64,000 nucleotides of DNA, taken from NCBI GenBank assembly GCA_964234715.1, contig OZ174284.1, one strand, 5' to 3'. The stretch's first letter is position 1; every line of letters starts with the position of its first letter. A program made the position numbers and the translations under genes. Under the pieces are notes generated by a model, which was not told the origin of the DNA, ran no database searches, and saw nothing but the letters and a program-made list of their open reading frames with translations. Shown here piece by piece: positions 13,101 through 24,656 of this stretch. Origin of the DNA: Podarcis melisellensis (Eukaryota).

Positions 13101-15194
13101 TTCACTTCATGGGGCACATGGGCATGAAGCCACACAAGTGTGATTTCTGTAGCAAAGCCTTTAGTGACCCTAGCAATCTCCGTACACACCTCAAAATACA
13201 CACAGGTAAGTGAAGACCTTAAAGTTCTGGAGTTGATAACGTGAGACTTGAGTTGCCTGGGTTGTTAATGAACTGTATTGCTGTGGACAAATTTCCACAG
13301 GCAAACTCAGTATGAGCTCTCAATATAGTTTTTTATTTCTGTGAAAGAAACTGTAAATTTGTTTCTGAGTGACTTGGTTAATTTTCTATTAGCATTCTTT
13401 TTTGCCTTTGTCAGAAAGTCCAAGGTATTTGGCAGCATCTGTGGGCTGCAGGGTCTCCTCCTTCCTACCAAGCCTCTTTCACTAGAAATGAGCATTGTAT
13501 GCAAAGTTCCAGCTGTTGCATACTGTGCCCCAGAGCCCTGCTTAAAGTCCCCTGCACAGAATAGAAGGAACATATGGAAATGAGCTTTATTATCCTGCTT
13601 GCATGCCTTTTCTGTAGATCCTTCTATCCCGGTTTACCATTTCTGTTCAATGCGTATTTGACTAAATGCTCTGTTTTTAGCCTTTAGCCAGATTTGAGAC
13701 ATTTTTCAGCCAGACTCTTATATTATGATGGGAAGGACCGTTGTGTGGCATTGTGATGGATCACACTGGGTGTAGGATGATGCAGTGTCCTGTCGGTAGT
13801 AAAATTTGAGGAGAGCTCAGGGATACATTCTCCCTGGCATGTGAACATGCCCCACATAATCAAACTGGATGCTGACTTAGGTAGAAGGAGAAGTGTAAAA
13901 TGGTCTTATAGCCTTTGTTTAACCAATTCCAGGTCAGAAGAATTATCGCTGTGCTCTCTGTGAAAAGTCCTTTACTCAGAAGGCCCATCTGGAGTCTCAC
14001 ATGGTTATCCATACCGGGGAGAAAAACCTCAAGTGTGATTACTGTGACAAACTGTTCATGCGACGGCAGGATCTCAAACAGCATGTGCTCACACATACCC
14101 AGTAGGTAACTTGCAGGGGAAAGAACACCAGATTTTCCACAGAAATGCCGGTGTTGTCTCTTACGCACCTCTCCTCTGCGCAGAACAGAGGGAGTGCGAT
14201 TGTTCAATAGTGCTGTGTCTTTACTCCCAGGCAACGGCAGGCAAGTGCACAAAGCCTCTCAGGCTCTGTTCACAAGGCTGCCTTTGCACAGGTGGGCTAC
14301 CACTTCTCCTGGGAGAAAGAGGTAGCCCACCTGTGCCAAGGCAGAGGTGGTTGAGGCAAGCGCACAGACCTGCCTTTGCACGGGCGAGAGGAGAATTCTA
14401 ACAAAGCCTCCACTCTGCTTGTGCAGGCTGGAGGTGGAGCTATCCTAAGACTTCTCCGCTGAGGGGCAGGCATCCAGGCGCCTCTTAATGAAGAAATTTA
14501 AATATGCCACTGGTGGCAGAGGGAGAAGCGAGCTGTACCACCAGGCCAATACAGCTTGTTCATCCCTGGCTTCTTTAAACTGCTCCTCAGCAGAGCAGTT
14601 TAAAGCCCAACTCTGGCCCTGTGGGGGCTCCATTAAACTGCCCCGCAGCAGAAGGCAGTTCAGGCTAGGAGCCAGGGTGGGGCAGCCTGTTCCCAGTGCT
14701 GGGAACAATGCAGTTTCGCTATCACTGTGTATTGCTGTGTTTAAAATCTGCTATCACCCAGCCCTACTTTAAAACCACAGCTTAGCTCAACTGGTGACAT
14801 GGAAACCAGATCAATAAGTGTTGTTTTTTTAAAATAGATATTCAATCATAATTACAAATGCTTATTTTCTTCCTTGTTTAGAGAACGCCAGCTTAAATGT
14901 CCCCAATGTGAGAAGCTGTTCTTGAGGACAAACCATCTAAAGAAACACTTAAATTCTCATGAAGGGAAGCGGGACTATGTCTGTGAAAAATGCTCCAAGG
15001 CTTATTTAACAAAATATCATCTCACTCGTCACCTAAAAATCTGTAAAGGACCAACCTCCAGCCTCTCAGCCCAGGAAGATGACGAGGATGATTCTTCAGA
15101 GGAAGAGGAATTGATAAACTCTGTAAGGAGTGATACCTGTAGGCTTAATACAAACATGTATGTGACAAATGACGCACTCTCTTGCCACAAATAA
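4007..15194 (+). CDS. PRDM4: PR/SET domain zinc finger protein 4, spliced CDS: join(4007-4139,4578-4754,5457-6245,7491-7640,9416-9534,10335-10420,12276-12403,12891-13205,13933-14101,14882-15194), 2379 nt = 792 aa + stop
   Basis: The translated exons match the recalled human PRDM4 sequence ([14 protein letters not shown]..., zinc knuckle [19 protein letters not shown] domain TCFGPLIG...[11 protein letters not shown]...[11 protein letters not shown]2H2 array, acidic tail). All introns are GT-AG with consistent phase. A short upstream coding exon (human MHHR) was not found, so the true start may lie upstream. Confidence 0.97.
4578..4754 (+). CDS. PRDM4: PRDM4 coding exon 2
   Basis: ctgctag|GA TTA CCA ... 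CCT G|gtgagt; [32 protein letters not shown]...[10 protein letters not shown]. Confidence 0.95.
5175..5304. mobile_element. Short palindromic hAT-type MITE (GACTACA..TCCCATCA family), diverged
   Basis: Similar to the TSD-bounded copy at 10575-10710. Confidence 0.6.
5457..6245 (+). CDS. PRDM4: PRDM4 coding exon 3 (large Ser/His-rich exon)
   Basis: Long polypyrimidine tract, then cag|GT CTT TTA TCT TAT ... ACC ATA T|gtgagt; lies within ORF 5366..6283. Confidence 0.96.
7491..7640 (+). CDS. PRDM4: PRDM4 coding exon 4 (zinc knuckle, start of PR domain)
   Basis: ctgcag|GG TGC ACA CTC ... GTT G|gtaagg; (W)[17 protein letters not shown]...[10 protein letters not shown]. Confidence 0.96.
7935..8053. 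mobile_element. Short palindromic hAT-type MITE, diverged
   Basis: CAGGGGTGG start and a GGGGCTGATGGGAGTTG...CAACATCTG arm. Confidence 0.55.
9416..9534 (+). CDS. PRDM4: PRDM4 coding exon 5 (PR domain)
   Basis: ggcag|GT GTG TTG ... TGG AAG|gtcagt; [40 protein letters not shown]. Confidence 0.95.
9811..9933. mobile_element. Short palindromic hAT-type MITE
   Basis: Inverted arms TTTGGCTCTCC.../...GGAGAGCCAAA and an ACTACAACTCCCATCA core. Confidence 0.65.
10335..10420 (+). CDS. PRDM4: PRDM4 coding exon 6 (PR domain)
   Basis: catcag|ATG TAC CAC ... GCC AG|gtgaga; [29 protein letters not shown]. Confidence 0.95.
10575..10710. mobile_element. Intact 136-bp hAT-type MITE
   Basis: Perfect TIR CAGGCATAGGCAAAC/GTTTGCCTATGCCTG and an exact 8-bp TSD CTTTAGTC (10567-10574, 10711-10718). 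Confidence 0.9.
11540..11690. mobile_element. Tigger-like MITE fragment
   Basis: Right end GAGGTACCACTG|TA is identical to the TIR at 2359-2370; CpG-rich body; left end eroded. Confidence 0.6.
12276..12403 (+). CDS. PRDM4: PRDM4 coding exon 7 (end of PR domain)
   Basis: aacag|G AAT CGG GAA ... ATT G|gtaagc; [42 protein letters not shown]. Confidence 0.95.
12891..13205 (+). CDS. PRDM4: PRDM4 coding exon 8 (degenerate finger plus ZF1-2)
   Basis: ttaaag|GT GTT CCT ... ACA G|gtaagt; [10 protein letters not shown]...[24 protein letters not shown]. Confidence 0.96.
13933..14101 (+). CDS. PRDM4: PRDM4 coding exon 9 (ZF3-4)
   Basis: ttccag|GT CAG AAG AAT TAT CGC TGT ... ACC CA|gtaggt; [55 protein letters not shown]. 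This frame is absent from the ORF track. Confidence 0.94.
14882..15194 (+). CDS. PRDM4: PRDM4 last coding exon (ZF5-6, acidic tail, stop)
   Basis: tgtttag|A GAA CGC CAG; [22 protein letters not shown]...[11 protein letters not shown]...SCHK*, with TAA at 15192-15194. Confidence 0.96.
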
Positions 15195-15485
15195 GAAATG
15201 GAGGACTTAAAATATAAATCGACTCGACTTCCTAAAATCATGTTTATTACACTACAGTGAATTTCTGGACAAGGACCAGATCTCACCCCCTTATGAAAAT
15301 GGCGTATGCACTCAGAGGTTTCCAAGAAGGGTAAAAACAAACTTATCACCTATCCACTTCAAGTGTGGAAACTGCTACTGGTGATTTGGTTGAAGTGCAA
15401 TGCATGACTTAAGAAAAACTGGCAGATACACCTCTGTATTCTAGTCAGCTGCTTGGAACAAGAGCAGATACCCTCATTTACAGTT

Positions 15486-15491
15486 AATAAA
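15486..15491 (+). terminator. Candidate PRDM4 polyadenylation signal AATAAA
   Basis: First canonical AATAAA I found after the stop codon, about 290 nt downstream; usage not verified. Confidence 0.45.
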
Positions 15492-16237
15492 TTTGATTTG
15501 TATGCCATCACAGCAGAACAGTGCCCTGACTACTCCCCCACCCCAAGTGATGTATACTTAGTTTGGGCTCAATATGAACTTACTTAAATCAATATTCATT
15601 GTACGCCAATGAATTGCCCATGTGTTAAGACAACTAGTATTTGCAGATGAGACTGTTAATATACAGTATGGGATCAATACAGGAAAGCATGCTTATAATG
15701 CAGATTTGGTTTTAGCATGAGCCAGCAATTTGCTGTATATAGTGCCATATGGTATTTACCTGTATGGTTACTAATAACCATGTATTTTGGGGAGTTCTGC
15801 TGCTAATATATTTATGGAATGAAGATTCATTTAAAATCTGTTTCCTTATGGAAAAATTAAAACACTGCTTTTTAACGCATGCATTAATTACCATTCTTTT
15901 CCTCAAACCTTTTCTGCTCATGTAGGAATCTTTTCTCCCCCCTAGAACCACTTAAGGACTTCTTGATGAAGTTAGATACATACTTTAAAAGCTTCACTTC
16001 CTAAAGAATGAATACACTGCATGAAAACCACGTGCTGAGGCCAGTTTTTTGTGTAATTTCCCTTTCTGTTCGCTTCTCATTAGAGAGAAAAGCTTATATG
16101 GGCAGCTCAAGCTTTTACATTAACAGATTGTAAGATTAGATTTGCCCAATATCCTCCAAGGTGTAGATAAATCATTTTGGCACAGTCATGGTATCAATAT
16201 TCACTTTATATTATACAGTGCAAAATGTAATACCAGA

Positions 16238-16350
16238 TCACGGTTCCATTACAGCATCTGGATCACTGCTGCAGCCACTAGCAGAATTTTTTGCTTCAGA
16301 ACTTGATGTGGCAACTACCAGCCTCTGTCGGTTTCCAAACACTTCATTCA
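16238..16350 (-). CDS. PWP1: PWP1 exon 15 (last coding exon, stop TGA)
   Basis: ttacag|TG AAT GAA GTG TTT GGA AAC CGA ... ATG GAA CCG TGA; (V)[12 protein letters not shown]...PDAVMEP*. Confidence 0.92.
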
Positions 16351-19300
16351 CTGTAACACAAAGAAGAAAAGTACTTCTGTTAGTACTACTACATGCATTC
16401 TGGCCTTGCAAGTCATCTTAATGTGTTTGTTGCACACTTCTTTTAAACCAGGAAATAATGCAATGACATCCACAGATGCAGTACACCTTTGACAATCCCT
16501 TCCCTCATTTACAAAAGAAATTCAGGAAGCCTTGGGAGTATTCTCTACCACACTTGGGAGCAGCTGGCGTAATCTCTGTGCTGTCTGGTAATAGATGGTA
16601 GGGGATGCTAAGTTGATCATTTCTCTGACATTTTATACCCTATTTTCCTGTGGCAGTTTGCTTAGTCAAAACACTGCTTTCTGGATTGAACATGCTAACT
16701 AGAACTAAATGCAGATAAAACCAACAATCTCACCTGCAGAAATTGTGCTTATGTCCCAAACACGTAATCCTTGTTTCTCTCCTCCAAAGGCATAAACAAA
16801 TGGTAAGTCTGGGCAAGATGCTGCACAGAAGAGGACACCCTGTGGGCAAAAAAAAAAAGCATAATTAGTTTATGATCCCCTGGAAACTCAGCTACCTACC
16901 TTTCCTAAGAGAGAACTGAGAATGTATGCTTAATATGGACAGGTGCTGCTACAGGTTCCTGCTACATATTCAGTCTCAAGCTAGTGTATAAAACTTTGCA
17001 TAGGAACCATAGTATCAATAGTTGAAAGGAGGAATGAGGAACCTATAGGCTTCCAGAGGCTGCTGGACTACAACTTGCATAATCTTTGGACACATTGCCC
17101 TGGGGCCAACGTATTCTCCACTAAATGCAGTTACTGATCTTTCAGTATTTTGAATGTTCATATTTAATACATGTGTTTTATATAATACTAGCATTTGTTT
17201 TACAATCCTTTTTGGGTGGACGTGTACTACTTATTTGATATTTTATTCTACACCCACTTCCAAATCTTCCACGGGTGTTCTGAGTGTGCAATAATTAAAA
17301 CTCTGAAACTCTTGATACATTAGATAATTCTTAAGACTGATCTGCACCTGGTTCATTTGAATGACCATATGCCAGACAATCCTAAAAAGAGAAGACTGGT
17401 TATTTTATTTTAGAAAGATTGAAATTACCATTTTCATGTCCCTGGAATGAACCAAACTAGGTTTATCTCCCAATATGTCCCAAATTTTCACATATTTGTC
17501 TGCAGATGCTGTCACAAGACATCCTTTAATCTGGCTGCTTAACTGTAGTCCTGCAAAACACAAGCATACATTTCTACTGTAGCACTTTTTAAAAAGAAAT
17601 CACAATGAGCTAAAATTATAACAAGGGCAGGCCTAGAGGTTGGCAAGGGCTGGATATTTGCCAGAGGACCTACTGACCCAATAAAAAACATTGGAGTTTG
17701 GGACCCAATAAGAGCATTACTGTCTTGAACACACATCCTTCTCTCCTTTTCAAGTTAAGGGCACACACTGAGGACTCTCAAAGTCCTTGGTTAGCAGTAC
17801 CAACCAAACAATCACTGCTTCCCCTTCCTCTGGTAAAAACAAGGTATCTTAGATTTCCTATTTCACCTGTCATCTCTTATACACTGCACAATGGTAAGTA
17901 CGTGTTTGTCTCAGGCATGTCTATACAGGATAACTAACCCCCATCCCGGTTTATATAGGATATACTGTATACAGAAATGAGACCTAGCATTTGTTTGGGG
18001 CAGAAACAGAAAATTTACCAGATACTTCTTCGTTATGAGCTTTCATTGTAAATACTGGTTTATGTGAACGAGCATCCAGACAGTATACAAATCCATCTTC
18101 TGTGCTGGCCTAGAGAAAACAGTTCCAAGCACTGTTAAAAAGCAGAAGGAATCAATACAATATCTGGAAATGCGTGGGTCAAGCTCAGCCCCACAAATGA
18201 TGCCATCAGGCCTCACACAAGCCATACCCAGAAGCAAAAGAGGGGTGCGGATGAGCAGCATCTGCGGCAGTAAGGACTCGGCACGGTCTCTGGAAGAAAT
18301 TGGGGACTGTGTCTGGCCCATCACCCTTGGTGGAAGTTTGTTTTTGGCAGAGCCTGTTGGTAGCAGGTACAGTGGAACAGCAGACCTCAATTAGTTTAAT
18401 TTTTGTGGGTGGCATTATGTTCCAATTTAGTATTTGCTGTCCATTCATTTTGTATGTTAAAAATAGCCTCAAGGACCTTCATTAGGTGAGGTGTAAATAC
18501 ATAAATAAAGGGGAAAACACAAGGCAACAAAGGTAACAGGGAACCTTGTACTTGCCAAGAAGTGGTGAGGGGAAAAATGATTCCAAGTCACTCTTTCAAC
18601 CTGCCCACTGAAGCGCCAGGTTCGATGGTTATCCTGTGGACTTCTGCAGTCATACAAAATTGCTGATCTGGAAAGCAGAATCAGAGCATTGACTCAAGCA
18701 GGGTATCAAGTTCTTTTATTTGATTAAATGCGGAGAGTTTTTGTTCAACCTTCTCCCTCCACACCCGTGCCAAACTTTTCAAAATCTCTTTAATTCTAGG
18801 TTAAGTAATTGAGAAAAGCATAGCATACCCCAGAAGTTGTAACAGTAAGAAAATCAGACTGAACACTACCGTTCAGAGATCACCGAGAAAGGAAGTGTAA
18901 CCAAACCAGTGTATCAGACAACATAAGGTTAACAAAAGAATAAGCCAAACTCTACGCTGAAGCAAAAAGTGATTTTAGTGCCACATTATGATTTCTGTAC
19001 TCCTGTTACAATCATGCAGCTTCTACACTGTACAAGTAGAGCAGGGAAAGTATAACATGCCCTTCCTTACTTGTCGTAAGAACCAGAGACGAGAGTCTGT
19101 GTTTCAAAAGGATGAAACTGCAGTGTCTGCACCTGCAAAGAACATTAGATTTGAGAAACACAACTGAAATATACTGTATATGATCTCATTTTGTGTAATT
19201 CCTGAATTTCAACTGAAATATACTGTATATGATCTCATTTTGTGTAGTTCCTGATACATGGAATTTTTCTACAAACAGCCAGGTTTCTGGAAATCTGGTT

Positions 19301-22300
19301 ACCTGCTACCTTTAAACAAAATAGATCCATTCCTTAGCATGCAAAATAAATATTGGATCAAAGTTGCGGATGTTGGAGAAAGAAAAAGGAGAGTCCTGGT
19401 GCCTGGCCAAGAATTTTATTTACTTTTATTATTTACAGTTTCTGACAGTAGCAAGCAGGCATTCCTACAACACTCATCTCTCTGCAGTCTAGACATCCTG
19501 ATGGTGTTTCACCTGATTAATCAAATCTGGTAGTTGACCTCAATTTCTACCATGGAGCTGCCATCACCTGCCCTTCTAAGAAAATTGCAGCTAAAGGTGA
19601 AACCCAGAATTAAGAGGCATTTTCCTTTGTGTATTATTTTTTGGTTGTGAAACTTAAGTTGTTTTGTATACTGCTAAAACCTCAGTGGTATTTGCACTTA
19701 GTGTTACCAGAGACAAAGGAATTGCAGGCCTGCTGTGATTTTAAACAGCAGAACAGAAAATGGCAGTAGAGGCGGTTTTTCATCCTTGCAGCAACATTAA
19801 GACAAGAGCACCTGCTGAAACACCCCTATCTACACAGCCATTATTAAAGGAATGAGCTCCAGCCACCTTTGGATTTGATTACTCTTGTTAGAAGTGGTGT
19901 GACCAAAGTGTGAATTTGAGGTTTTGAACCCAAAGCAAAGCTGCTTTTTTCCATCTTCATGTTTGGATAATGACATTCAAATCTGATTATTTTTACAAAA
20001 ACAACTCTTTCAAAATCTGTTTCATTTCAGTTTTACAACTGGCAGACAACATTTCTCTCAGGTCATAAAACCTTGCTTGACTAGTGCCTCATGTTCCATA
20101 CCTCTTCTAACCTGTTATTTCTTTTTTTCATCTAAATCAAGAACTAATGAAAACTCAAAGGAATAAACGTGTCCCTTCAATTACATTAAGTGCTTATAAA
20201 AACCTTTCTACCATTATCTTGCTTACACCTGGAAGGCTCTGCTATTAACAGTGTGCCTGGAAAGGCACTATTCATCTTACCAGCTCCCAGAAGGGAGAAG
20301 AGCAGGAATACACCACCAGAGCTTGCTTTTGATATACACCCAGAGTTCTAACTGCTTTTTCAGGCAGGCTCCTGTCCTTAAGAACTACAAGACTGAAATA
20401 ATGCAGCAGGTAAAACTTCCTCTGTGCTGGGGGGCCTTAATAAACTCTCATTTGCCACACAGGTGCTAAATGTACTGCCAGCAAAGCAGTGAGAAGCTGA
20501 TTAAGCTAGTTACCAGTAAAGTGGTCACAAATTTTCCATGAAGCCAACTGGCTGGTGGGCGCCCTCTTTGCTGTTTTCTGGTAAAAAGTTAACACTGGGG
20601 GTAATGGGTTACCAAGTCCATGGCAGTTTATGCCTATAGCTAGGCTTTAAATGCACCACACATTTCTTTTGTTGTTGTAGAAATACTACAGTCGATGGTT
20701 CTGGAATCGTCAACATACCTTGTCTGTGTGAAGAGAAAGCGTTGCTGCTGGTGTGCCCCTCGGCATATCCCAAAGAATTACGGAGTGGTCAGCTGACGCA
20801 CTCGCCAACACAGATCTGAAGGAAAGAGGTGATTCATATGAACAAAGTGAAGGCCCAGTGGCCCAAGTGTAGACCCATTCCATACCCATTTTGGTCTCTT
20901 TTCAACTCTGCTGTAGGCTCAGAGATACAAAACAGCGCTGCCTAAATACAAAAAACGGGTGCATATCGTTTTAAGCAGTCATTCCAGCCACTGAAATGCG
21001 TATGCATTTTTGATAGCTTACATTAGTATTTGAAAGGTGTGTTCACTGCATTACAAAGGTAAACAAAATTGGCAAAGGCTGGATGCAATTTGCTTCCTGA
21101 TCCCAGCATCTTATCTTAATGGGTAATGTAGTTCTGTTTCCTGAACTATTTAATTAACCTCCACAAAAGGTAGGAGATTCCAGGGGCAAGCTGGTGCTAA
21201 GGAGGAAGACGACCAGCCTGCTGCTGCTGCTGCTGCCTACCTGGCAGAGGTTTCAACTACTTACCCAACACTACCTAGTCTCATAGCCAACAGCTAGAAC
21301 ATTAAAAGGGCAAGGCCCTGCGGTTTGCTGACTAAAAAGCCATCTGCTGCAATTGTCCTGGAGCAACTAATAACCATGACTCCTAATAAGCCAGATTGTC
21401 AGACTGGAATGGGAACCTCTGGAAGGTGGAGACACTAAAAAAACTAAAGCGATTAAAGTTGCCGGTGAACTCCTAGCAAAAAGAAACACAAAAGTCTTGT
21501 TTAGATATTGAATCTAATCTGACACACACACAGGAGGTGGCAGCAGGTACTACCTCTACATTCAAATGTACATCTGCAAGCACAGGCTTGTACATGCCTT
21601 AGCACATGGGCACTGCGGATCTGCAGAGTCTGCCCGTCACCCCCCGTGTGGCCTTTTATGCACAGAGGACTAGACCTAATATCTGAAAAGGACTTCAAAT
21701 GGAGCCCCAGAGAAATATAGAAGTTTAAAATACATATCTACACCAGAAATTGGTGCAAATCTCTCTTTCACACATAGATTAATTTCCCCCTTAAATATCT
21801 ATGGCACAGTGAGGGCAGAAATCTATTTTCTACCATATTTCCAATAACAACAGATATTGAAGAATTGTGCACAAGTATGCGAATACACACACACAAAAAT
21901 ATTTCTACAAGTTATCTTTACGCTATGTTACCCTAATTTTTACTTACCTGAGTTGTTTATTCCATGAAAGGTCCAGCACTGCATCAGTATGCCCTTCTTG
22001 ATGGTCTTCTTTAGATGCATTCTTTATATAAAAACATTAAGAAGTCCTTTATAGTTTCCACATTTACTTCAATAAGCAAGCAAGCAAGCTCAAGCAGCCA
22101 ATTCCAATGCTCCTTTACATGGAGCAAACATGGAAAAAACACAGGGTTGTAGCCAGTGCTGATCCTCCTCGGAGCTGGCCCACCGATATTAACATGAATA
22201 ACCTAGGCCCAATCATTTCAAGACACGCAGCCCTGGTCCAGAGAGTTCCTACAGCTTCTGAGGCAATTCCAGTTTATATTCTCTTGCCTCACTTAGGAAC

Positions 22301-24609
22301 ATGGCAATCTGCCTTAAACCAAGTCAGACCAGTTGTCCACTATCTAGTTCACTGTTGCCTATGCTGAATGGTAGCAGCTGTGCAGGGATTCAGACATGAG
22401 TCTATCCCAGTCCTACCTGGAGGTGCCAGGAATTGAACGCTAGGCCTTCTGCACATACCACATGCTCCACCACTGAGCTACAGCCCTTCCCAAGATACAG
22501 CCAGTCTCTTTCCATGGGCAGAACTTGCAACCTAAATCCTCGGTCTCCTTCCCCCATTCTGCCCTTCTGCTGACAAGCCCCTTCACAAACTGAAGCTCAA
22601 AGAAGAGAGGCTAGATGTCTCGAGGAAATACTTTTGGACTAGCTGAAGATCCCACAAGATGCTGCCCGCCCCTGCCCGATTCCAACCACAGTGCCCCAAT
22701 CCCCACTTTTCATCTTTGTCAATGTGGCTACCATCACTGGGAACAGTCTACTGGGAACTAGTCCCACCCAAACGCTTCTGAATTAAATCCAAGCTACCTC
22801 TCTCTGTTCAGACCTATGCAAGAGACACTCCTAATGAGTTATGACAATTCTCCAATACTGAGTTCCAAACATGATCAATCAATTCCTCCCCCCCCCCCTT
22901 GGGTATCTGTAAACAGTTTCCAAAAGAAGCAAAACCACTGCCTGGTGGGTTTGAAAATAACAAATATATCCAATGGTTTGAAAATGCAATGTGTAAGCAC
23001 AGAAAGTGAGCAGCTCCTTTTGGCCTTCATCCCAAAAAGTTACTACTGACTGTGATATTGATAATAAAGTCAGCTTACTTACCTTTTTCCCTTTCTTCTT
23101 CTTCGTTTTTGCTTTCTTGCTTCCGAGGGAAAAGACTGGCTCTAAACTATCCACTACGTCAAGGTCCCACACTTCAATAACAGGACTCATTGTGCCCACG
23201 GCAACATAATTCCCTGATGGAGGAACACCCAAGATAATCAGGAGTTACTTCATGAATCCTACACATTTTTAACACATTGCTGGTGTCTGCTATTTCCTCA
23301 TGGAACTACCTCAGTAGGATTGCAATTCTTAAATCAGGTCATCTCATGAACTCATATTGTTAGATGTCTATTGGTACGCTGTCTTGAGATTGATTTTGCC
23401 ATAGGTAAGTAGGATATCAATGTCTAAGTAAATAAACCACTTCTCATTGAAAATAAAGATACTTGTTCATTTTTCTGTGGTACACACACATATTATATAC
23501 CACCAAATATGCACATATATAACATACACATGTTCCCCAGCCCTATAGTATTGTCATAATATATTTCAATTAAAACGTGCTGTGAGACAGAGTGGGATTT
23601 TAATCACTGTCTTTCTATCCTGCGTGCCTTCAGAGATACAATAATCTGCTAAAGACACTTAGCGAACTTCACAGGCAATTGGAAATCTGAACCTAGGTTG
23701 CCTACATCCAAATCCAGCACACATTTCTCAATACAAATGTAAGGTGAAAATTCACACATTTAAAAGCTACTTGGAATAATTATCAGAAATTCTCAGAACA
23801 AAGTAAGTAGCAGTTGTCAGCTTGCACAAGATAAAAAATGAGGGACCATATCAGCAGTACAGGGGGGCATAATAGGGCCTTTATAGTGGCAGCTCTAAAT
23901 TATGGAACTGTCTCCCCATTAAGATGCAACATACCTCAGCATTGTACTCTTTTAGAAGGAAGGTGAAGATATACCTCCTTCACAGAGCTGTATACTCTGT
24001 CTGAAATTGCACCCACTATTTTATTTTATGTTGCATTTACGTCATATTTTCCCCTTGGGTTTAGAATATGTTCCAGTGTGTTTAATATGCTGTACACCGC
24101 ATGGTGACTGCATGGAGAAGGATGGTATAGAAAAGCATAAAGAAATAAATACAATTCCTGAGCCATTAGTCTTTTAAAACAAGATTTTTTGGGGAGGGAG
24201 GGAAGAGGCAGGGAAGTGTGCTGGCCGGATGTGCCAAAACTGCTATCCAGAAAGCACCAAATGGAATTTAGAAAAATCTTGCAATTAATTTACCTGCAGA
24301 ATCCTCTGGGTTAGGATCAAAGTTCAGCCATTCCGCACTCAAAGGATATGCTGATAAGAGGATATCATGATGGACGTAAAACGAGTCCTCTTCATGGTTA
24401 TAAACTGTATGAATTAAATTTTGTAATTTATATACTTTTTGTCAATATCATCTTAAACTTCTTCCACATATGTCAAGGTGACACACAATATGATAAAAAA
24501 CAGCTTTAAATAACAGCTAAAAACACAGAAAACAGCAGCAAATGAAAGAGAGACACCCATGGCAGAGACCATTCTGCTGAGAAAGCTTTCATAAGTATGT
24601 TGCTTAGAG

Positions 24610-24656
<47 letters not shown>

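Noticed and set aside
22400-22490. tRNA-like sequence on the minus strand
   Set aside because: Degenerate cloverleaf continuous with a SINE body and tail; it is a SINE head, not a tRNA gene.
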